Source of the DNA: Thraustochytrium aureum
Lineage: Eukaryota
Length of the DNA: 20,000 bases
Assembly: GCA_012862495.1 (NCBI GenBank)
Contig: BLSG01000092.1
Location: forward strand, 69,279 to 89,278
Direction of reading: 5' to 3'
This document shows positions 1 through 7,133 of this stretch, in pieces. Below the pieces are notes generated by a model. The model did no database searches, was not told the origin of the DNA, and saw only the letters and a program-made list of their open reading frames with translations. The position numbers and the translations under genes are program-made. Each line of letters opens with the position of its first letter. Position 1 is the first letter of the stretch.

Positions 1-602
1 TCGGGCGCGAGCTTTTCCTCGACGAGCTTGGTCCGGGCAGCGGCCTCGTCAGCCTTCTTCGCAATCCCCTCGAGGTGCGCCTTGGCTTCCGCCTCGGGGA
101 TGGCGCCCCAGGGACGGGCGAAGCGGATGCCGAGCGCGCGGGAGCGGAAAACCTCTGACCGCACAAAGGTGACCGGCATGAGCACGATCTGCAGGAGGAT
201 GGGCTGGTTGTACCCCAAGAAGTAGGGCACGGCAAAGACGGTCACGAGGCTGATCAGCAAATCACGCTGCAGCTGGTACACCTTGCGCAGCTCAAATTCA
301 GCGACCTTGACGCTGCAGAGCGGCTGCTTTAGTTGCTCCTCGGTCGCCGCGCCATACGACTCGGTGGGCACCCAGATCACCCTGTCCCTGTCCGCGGCCC
401 TCCTCACCATCGAGCTGATATACACCGACACCAGCAAGAGCACGGCGGCCTCGATCACGACCATGACCTGGCCAATCATCACGCGCTCCGCGGTCCAATC
501 GATGTCCTTGGCCAAGTACAGCAGCGGGAGGGCCAGCAGCGAGGTGGGCACATCCTTGGACCCATCGAACAGCTCCTGCACGCTCGCGCCGGCGCCGCTC
601 AT
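1..602 (-). CDS. Pho88/Snd3-family ER membrane protein, 3'-truncated by the window edge, with a C-terminal extension
   Basis: Manual translation from ATG 602-600 gives 200 stop-free codons: MSGAGASVQELFDGSKDVPTSLLALPLLYLAKDIDWTAERVMIGQVMVVIEAAVLLLVSVYISSMVRRAADRDRVIWVP...VKVAEFELRKVYQLQRDLLISLVTVFAVPYFLGYNQPILLQIVLMPVTFVRSEVFRSRALGIRFARPWGA... Motif order parallels yeast Pho88 as I recall it (RRIDM / TTVRDYDLKEI / LKYTNPLFMQSISP / LFG...LKRPF). A probable acceptor (TTGCAG, minus strand) lies at 622-627, so an upstream exon may exist. Confidence 0.7.
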   Translation of the reverse strand, partial: MSGAGASVQELFDGSKDVPTSLLALPLLYLAKDIDWTAERVMIGQVMVVIEAAVLLLVSVYISSMVRRAADRDRVIWVPTESYGAATEEQLKQPLCSVKVAEFELRKVYQLQRDLLISLVTVFAVPYFLGYNQPILLQIVLMPVTFVRSEVFRSRALGIRFARPWGAIPEAEAKAHLEGIAKKADEAAARTKLVEEKLAP

Positions 603-624
603 CGCGGCCGCTAGAAACCGTCTG

Positions 625-682
625 CAACCCAGCCACCCAACCAGCCAACCAACCAGCCAACCAGCAAGCCAGCAAGCAAGCC
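625..682. repeat. Imperfect CCAA/CCAG/GCAA tetranucleotide microsatellite, probably the 3' part of an intron of the Pho88-like gene
   Basis: caacccagccacccaaccagccaaccaaccagccaaccagcaagccagcaagcaagcc; on the minus strand it runs directly into ...GGTTGCAG, 19 nt upstream of the ATG. Confidence 0.75.
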
Positions 683-1110
683 GACGCGCCAGCCCAGGCA
701 GCGAGCGCCCAGCGGCACAAACAAACGATGCGCGTCTGCGTGCGCTCCGCCCCAAAAAAGCATCTTGACTCTTGAAACTCGTCTAGACTCTTGACATCCA
801 AGACAAGCGTTGCCATTCGCGGGTTAGGGTGCAGGTTAGCGAAACCAGGGCGAGAGAACAGCAGGGCGGACACGGAACTGGGCAGCGAGTTCCAGGCAGA
901 GCTGCTTGAGAGCGTGCGTGCGTGCTGGCGTGTGGGCGATCGTGCGATCGTGCGGGGCTCGAGGAGGGCCGGCCGTGCGCGAGCGCCTCGCGGCTTCGAA
1001 AGGCGCGTGGCTCTTGCCGGCTGCTGTCGAGCCGGTTGCTGTGGCCTCACTGCTTCGCGTTGGGTTGTTGGTTGGGCGCATCCGTGGCGCAAGGCGCACG
1101 TGGACCGTCT

Positions 1111-1173
1111 GCGCTTGACGCGCTTGAGGCGCTTGACGCGCTTGAGACGCTTGAGACGCTTGAGGCGCTTGGC
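1111..1173. repeat. 9-bp tandem minisatellite, 7 copies of (G/A)CGCTTG(A/G)(C/G)
   Basis: gcgcttgac gcgcttgag gcgcttgac gcgcttgag acgcttgag acgcttgag gcgcttggc, in the divergent intergenic region between the ATGs at 602 (-) and 1288 (+). Confidence 0.9.
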
Positions 1174-1287
1174 GCGCGTACGGGCTTGACGCGGCACGTC
1201 CACGCTGCGCGAAGGCTCGCGGGACGGGGCGCGGAGGCTGCGGCGTCACTTGTCCTGCGTGCCTGCGTGGAACCGCGCTCCTGCAAC

Positions 1288-3275
1288 ATGCTGAATGTGC
1301 GAGATGCAAAGCGGCCAAGCAGGGACGCGCTGAGGGATATGGGCGGTGCGCGGGTGGAGAAGAGGCCGAGGCGAAACGTCGTAGGGCGCACGCTGGCAGT
1401 GATCGCGGCGGGCTCGAATGCGGGGGCAGGCATGCAACGCGGCACGGCAGCCCAGAGCACTTGGGCCTCGCGCACAGGTAGTAGTGGGAACGGTCTGGCC
1501 CCTGTGCCCAGAAAGCCTGCGTTCGATGTCCTGCCGGACGCCCAGGCGCAGAGTCCCAAGGAGGACCGTGGCCCCCGGCTCCTCACGTTGGACGACGTGA
1601 GCCCGCGGCTCGCCAAGAAGCGGGTGACGAGGCGCAGCAAAGGGGCAGGCGCAGCAAGTGAAATCAGCAGCAAGAACGACGGGCCGCGCCCGCGCGTTTA
1701 CGGCTCGCACGGGCATCGCCGAGTCGTCCAGAGGCAGGCCTTCCTGCAAGGCAAGTTTGGCTCTTCTCCGTCACAGGCCAGGCAGTGAGCTAACGTTTTC
1801 ATTTGCCTGCAGCGACGCAAGGAAGCGTCCACTTCGACCCGCGTGTGCGCGTGTCCTCCTTTCAGGGCGCAGACCCCGTAGGTTGGCTCAAAGCCAGATC
1901 GCATTCCAAGTAGAAGAGAGAACCAACCGCCCGCCCGCACCCCCACGTAGATGAGGCCGACCGCCCCCCGCATACAGACCCGGCCGCCCCAACTTGGGCG
2001 GCCAGGCGGGTAAAAGATCACGTAGAATCCGCTTCCCTTTCTCCCGCGCTCGATGGCCACGAGCACGCTATTGACACCTCTTTTCGCGCGCAGGCCAGTG
2101 TCCTCGCCTGCGAGCCCGACACGCCGCTCGCGGCGCAGCACCCCGGTCTCGTCGCTTCCGCCCCCGCAATAACGCAAGAATTCCAGCTCGAGGACGACAA
2201 GCTCCTCTCGTTCACCGCCGAAGGCCCAGGCGCGGGCGAAGACGAGCAGAGCGCCGAAAGCAGCGACGCGGCGTCGTTTGGGCTCTCGACGTCACCAATC
2301 ATTGCAAGTCGCCACGTGCCGGCAAGGCCCGTCAGAAGCCGAGCACCATGCTTGCAGACGCCGGCGGCGAGGCCCAAGTCGGCTCTCCGGGCTCTTCCGC
2401 AATCTCAGCCACAAGATCTTGACCTCCAGGCGGCTGAAGCGGGCCCAAGAGCAGAGGCCAAGCGTGGGACTCTGAAGGACCTCGCCGAGGCGGCCGAGGT
2501 CGCCGCAAGTGCGGCGGCGAATCCGTCCCCCGACGTTTCCATTCCGGACACTGACCCGCCGGAAGCTGCCAACGCTGACGCGGCCTCGACCTCGATGACC
2601 GAATCTCCTGGCAAAGGGGAGATTGCGACCTTCACTTCCATGGCGGCTGCGCCAGATCTGTCAGCGGTGGCTGAGAGTGCCCCGTCGCCGGGTTCTCTCG
2701 ACGAAGACCAAGCCGTCCCGTGCTCCGATACAGAGGCCGACGACCGCGAAAGCGAGGACTCGGCGGGCTCCGAGAAAGGCTCCGCGAATTCCCCCAGCCG
2801 CGGCTGTTGAGAGCCCAGGGAAGCNNNNNNNNNNNNNNNNNNNNNNNNNNNNNNNNNNNNNNNNNNNNNNNNNNNNNNNNNNNNNNNNNNNNNNNNNNNN
2901 NNNNNNNNNNNNNNNNNNNNNNNNNNNNNNNNNNNNNNNNNNNNNNNNNNNNNNNNNNNNNNNNNNNNNNNNNNNNNNNNNNNNNNNNNNNNNNNNNNNN
3001 NNNNNNNNNNNNNNNNNNNNNNNGAGAATAGCCCAGCGACGCCTTTCAACATTCGGGACGGCCAACGAACGGGTGTTGCGATCAAGTTTACCGGAATGGA
3101 CTCGCTTCAGCGGCTGCCCACCGCCCATGCGCGCACGACGTGCTCGCGCAACCCAAGGTGGACGAGGGCCTCGCCCGGCAAGCCCAACGCGTACGAGCGC
3201 TACAAAGCGCTTCGGCGTTGTGCGCTGCAGCGGCTAGGCCACGTGCTGCCGGGGCGGTGGCGCGGACCAGGCTAG
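1288..3275 (+). CDS. Hypothetical intrinsically disordered protein (basic N-terminus, acidic Ser/Ala/Pro-rich middle); exons 1288-1750, 1813-1881, 1951-2810, or continuing across the gap to 3275
   Basis: ATG 1288 (MLNVRDAKRPSRDALRD...). Intron 1751-1812 (AG|GCAAGT...GCTAAC...TGCAG) and intron 1882-1950 (GTTGGC...CGTAG) join three frames in phase: ...QAFLQ/ATQGSVHFDPRVRVSSFQGADPV/DEADRPPH..., continuing into ORF 2316-2810. After the gap, frame 3024-3275 reads ENSPATPFNIRDG...KPNAYERYKALRRCALQRLGHVLPGRWRGPG*. No family recognised. Confidence 0.55.
1751..1812 (+). other. Non-canonical GC-AG spliceosomal intron (62 nt)
   Basis: Donor CAAG|GCAAGT, branch point GCTAAC at 1789-1794, pyrimidine tract and TGCAG acceptor. 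Removal deletes the in-frame TGA (1786-1788) and keeps the frame. Confidence 0.6.
2825..3023. other. Assembly gap (N run); other gaps at 7319-7419, 11882-12290, 15512-15848 and 18048-18427
   Basis: Runs of N in the sequence. Confidence 0.99.
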
Positions 3276-3456
3276 CTGCAAGGCTCGCCGCGCGCCGCAG
3301 GAAGCGCTGCGGGGTTGCTTGGACACGGATCAGCTTGCTCACGATCATCGGTTTTCTTTGATTTGCTCTCCAGAAAGCTGGAGCGACCCGCTCCTCGCCG
3401 CAGTAGCGCTTGAGGCATCGGCAGACATGCGGCGCTCGGCTCCCGCTGGAGCGCCT

Positions 3457-4949
3457 CTACTTGAGAAGCTTAAAGTGGTGGTTCTTGAGCCGCGTGAGGG
3501 CGTGAAAGCCAAACTGCGACAGCGAGAGCCCCTTGCCGGTGTCCTTGCGCCCTTGCCATGGCATGTACGGGTCCAGGTAGTCTGCGCGGTTCATGAAAAC
3601 AGTGCCGACGTCCACGCCGTCGGCAAAGCGCTTCGCCTTGGCTTCGTCGTTGGTAAAGATTGGGGCCGTGAGTCCGCACGTCGACTTGTTGATGCCTGCG
3701 ACAGCCTCTTCCATCGAGGCCACCTTTTGGAAGGCAATGAGCGGGCCGAACGACTCGTGCGTCATGCACTGCATCGAGGCGTCGCAGTCAGCGAGCAGCG
3801 TCGGCTTGAAGATGCGGGGCCCGCCAGCGTCCGCCGCAGGCGTGTCGCCGCCGATCACCACACGCGCCCCCTTGGCGCGAGCATCCGCGACGAGACCGGC
3901 AAGGTACGGAATGGCCTGCGGCTGCGCCATCGGGCCCACCGACGTCGCCGGGTCCATGGGGTCACCGGTGCCGTATCCGCGCTCCACCTCGGCGCGCGCC
4001 ATCTCGAGCACGCGGTCGTACTGGCTTTCGTGCACAAAGACGCGCTCGATGCCGCAGCACGACTGTCCGGCGTTGTAGAGGCCACCGTCCACGAGCGTGG
4101 CCACCGCGACGTCGAGGTCTGCGTCCTCGGCCACGTAGGCGCCGTCGTTGCCCCCCAGCTCGAGCGTGCAGTCGATGAACTTGCGGCTCAGCCCGACGCT
4201 CTCGTTGACGGCGCGCCCGCCGGGGATCGACCCCGTGAACGAAACAAAGTCGTACAGCCCGTCCCGAATGCCTTTGTGGACCACGTCGTAGCTGCAGGTG
4301 AGCGCGCTGACCAGGCCATCGGGGACCCCTGCGTGCGCGAAGGCCATGGCGAAGTGGTTGCTGATCAGGGGGGTGCGAAACCCGTGGCTCAGCACGACAG
4401 CGTTCCCAGCGAGCACTGCCGGCACGACCGAGTTGACCGCTGTCAGAAGGGGAAAGTTGTATGGGGCGAGGGTGAGCACGACGCCGACGGGCTCGCGCAC
4501 GATCGTGCGGTGAAAGTGCTCGGTGTCGCTGTTGTTGGTTGTGGCGCCGAGCACGACGTCCCCGAGCGCAGCAGGGGCGAGGTCCATCATTGCAAGCGTG
4601 CGCTCCTTGAGGCCGCGGATCTCGCCGGTCGAGTTGGTCAGCGGCTTGCCCATTTGGCCCGTGATGTCCTTGGACACCTGCTCCGCGTTGGCAGCAAAGT
4701 ACTCGAGGAATCGCTCACAAGCCTTGACGCGCTCTTGCACGGAGGTCTTCTTCCACTCGCGCTGAGCTGCGGCCGCTTTCGCCTGCTGCGCTGCGACGGC
4801 GCGATCGTCCATGAGCTCGACCTTGCAGTACGTCTCGGCGTGAACGGGTTGTCCACCTCGAGCACGTTCGGCGCTGTCGCCATTCCGCGCGAGCCGGCCA
4901 CCACGCGAGCCGCACTCGCAGCTGCCGCAGCGCCTCCACGCCGCATCAT
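3457..4949 (-). CDS. NAD(P)-dependent aldehyde dehydrogenase (resembles the uncharacterised ALDH_EDX86601-like subfamily), predicted mitochondrial presequence, 1-nt frameshift at about 4837-4838
   Basis: Motifs REPVGVV..APYNFP, SFTGS, catalytic Glu TLELGGND, catalytic Cys NAGQSCCGIERVFVHES, ESFGP, MNRADYLDP. The real N-terminus is in another frame: MMRRGGAAAAASAARVVAGSRGMATAPNVLEVDNPFT (ATG 4949-4947), joining ETYCKV via ACG-CC-GAG with one base missing. Restored length is about 497 aa, typical for an ALDH. Confidence 0.92.
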
Positions 4950-5693
4950 CTTGGAGGTTGCAAAGGACGACGCAACCGGCGCGACAAGAAGACGCTGTCT
5001 CGAAAGCCTGGCGAGGTTGCCCTTTTTCAGTTTCAGGCGCTCGCGTTGCACGAGTCCTCGAAACTCGCGCAAGCCAGCGGCCCAACTTCGCTCCTGCTCG
5101 CCCTGTCCAAGCTTGGAGCTCGGCCGCCGTCCTCGCGGATGTCAAGTTGGGGCTCTGCTGCCGGCCTGCGTGGGATGGCGGAGGATGCCACGCGTTTCAT
5201 CAGCCCCACCTTGTAGGGCGGTCTCGCAGGATACTTGGAGGGAGGGAGGTGCGCATTGACTTTGATCGAGAGGACGACCGCGTTGCCCGTCTCGGGCGCC
5301 AAGGTGGCAGCCCGCATGCGCAGGCTGTCGTCGTTCGATCAAGAAAGCGCCGTGGAGCTCTCTCTTGTCTTTGGAAGCGGCAGGCTTGTCATCGTGCCAG
5401 GTGTGCGTGCGCAAAGGCCTCTGCCGTGCTGGGCGAGCCCGTCGCTCTGGCAGGCCCTCCAATCGTCGCAGTGTCGTCGCCGCAAGCAGAATCGAATTGG
5501 CAGCACGCAGCACAGTACAGTATACCATTGCTAACCGCGCTCAACGCAACGCGAGCTGCCGGCGGCGAATGCAACACGGACGGCGCGGCCAGTGTGTCTC
5601 AGCCGGCCGAATCGGAAAGAGCAGGCACAAACTGGCGCGGGCGGCGACAACAAGGGGTTTGTGCGCGCGTGGGGAGCGAGGCAGCGCTGCGCT

Positions 5694-6140
5694 ATGGATG
5701 GCATAATTGTTGAAGGGCTGAACAGCGCCGTGGCGGGCGAAACAACGCCACTCCTGGACTCGGGGACCAAGGCGATCGACACGACCTACTACTGGGGCCT
5801 GCTCGGCCTCACGATTGCTATGGAGCTCGTCGGGACGGTCTGCATGCAGCTAAGCGATGGGTTCGCCAACTTTTGGCCTTCAGTTGGCATCTTTGTGGGC
5901 TATGGCATTGCCTTCTCCATCTTCCCGTTCGCACTGCAGGGCATCGATCTCAGCGTGGCGTACGCAGTGTGGAGCTCTACAGGGATCGCGCTCACGACGG
6001 TGTGGGGCTATTGTTTTGCCGGGGAGACCGTGAGCCCGCTCAAGGTCGCCTGCATTTCGGGCATCTTGGTCTCCGTCGCGGGCCTCAAGCACGCCGAGGG
6101 CGTCGACGCCGCCACCCGAGCTGCAAGCATCGATGGGTAG
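5694..6140 (+). CDS. Small multidrug resistance (SMR) transporter, EmrE/Qac-like, 148 aa with a ~30-aa N-terminal extension
   Basis: AMELVGTVCMQLSDGFANFWPSVG parallels EmrE LAEVIGTTLMKFSEGFTRLWPSVG (membrane Glu14 = E44 here). Also GYGIAF (Tyr40), SVAYAVWSSTG (Tyr60/Trp63), FAGET, and four hydrophobic helices. Intronless. Confidence 0.9.
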   Translation: MDGIIVEGLNSAVAGETTPLLDSGTKAIDTTYYWGLLGLTIAMELVGTVCMQLSDGFANFWPSVGIFVGYGIAFSIFPFALQGIDLSVAYAVWSSTGIALTTVWGYCFAGETVSPLKVACISGILVSVAGLKHAEGVDAATRAASIDG

Positions 6141-7133
6141 AGCTGGGCAAGTACTGGTACCGGTACTCACTAAGGAGCTCACTTCTGATCGAAAGGACGG
6201 GTTCAGGTCCGGCTTGGGACGGACGGACAGATGGACGACAGATGGACGACAGTCTTGCTATCTCCCCAGAGGTTGCCGATGGTTGTATTTTGCGCAAGGG
6301 ACAAAGGCTTCCATTTGTGAGTACTCTACACAGCCGCTCGTGCGAAGCAGAGCCGTCACACGGCGAGGAAACACCAAATTTCGAAGCAAACAGCGTCTCG
6401 GAGGAAGAAACCGAGGGTGTCCGTTGAGGACGACAGGTAGGCTGCAGGTGTTGATGAGATAACATGCCTGGTGCGGGCCAAACGTCCGACGGCGTCGGAC
6501 GGCAAAGCCTTCTCACTAGTGATGAGTGGGTGGCGTGAGGGTGTTGAAACTGCAGCCGTGCGGCCGCATCTCCTAGCCCTCCGCTCAGCGAACCTAATGA
6601 GAGACGACTTGGCCGTTGAGTTGTTGCGACCTTTGGCAAAACAAACAGAATCTGCCTTGTACCGCACTCCGACATTTGCTCAATCAAATCTCCGCTCTAC
6701 CTGAGCGCCTAGCGAGAACAGCAAACGCTGAGTGCATGGCGGAAACAGTCAACGGCTCCCTGAAGCATCCTGGTTGGAAACGGCACGGCTCGGCCGGGTT
6801 TCGGTGTGTTCGGGATGCTCAAGGGGCCGATGTGAGCGAGGGCGTCGCGAATTTCGAACTGGCCAGGCATCGCTCTTGCTTTTTTTTTGCGTTTGAGTCA
6901 CAGGCGCTTCATCGCTCATCACACTCGTACTTAGCTTCGAGTAACCTATGAAGCTGCCGTCGCGCGGTTTGGTCGATGACATGTGAATCGCTTTGACCAG
7001 ACACCTAGCTCACAAGAGCCAGTTTCGCTTGAAACGGGCAGCGTAGAGCGCAGAGCAACGTCGGCAACCGGAGCGAGCACACGTGGCTGACGTCCGTGGT
7101 CGATCGGCAGGTCAGGCGAGGCGGCAGGGACGG

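Noticed and set aside
298..1203. 301-aa ORF with KRL and WLAG repeats
   Set aside because: The peptide repeats are translations of the 9-bp and 4-bp DNA repeats, and it overlaps the Pho88-like gene out of frame.
1821..1853. PP1-docking RVxF motif in GSVHFDPRVRV
   Set aside because: Lacks the required upstream Arg/Lys; suggestive only.
4950..5145. N-terminal extension of ALDH in ORF 3457..5145
   Set aside because: Non-ATG start and wrong frame upstream of the 4837 frameshift; the real N-terminus starts at 4949.
3319..5259. 646-aa plus-strand ORF
   Set aside because: Antisense shadow of the GC-rich ALDH; no recognisable features of its own.
6483..6501. Inverted repeat cgtccgacg-g-cgtcggacg (also cgtttgca-ttt-tgcaaacg at 9459-9477)
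   Set aside because: Short isolated palindromes with no associated element, target-site duplication or recurrence; compatible with chance.
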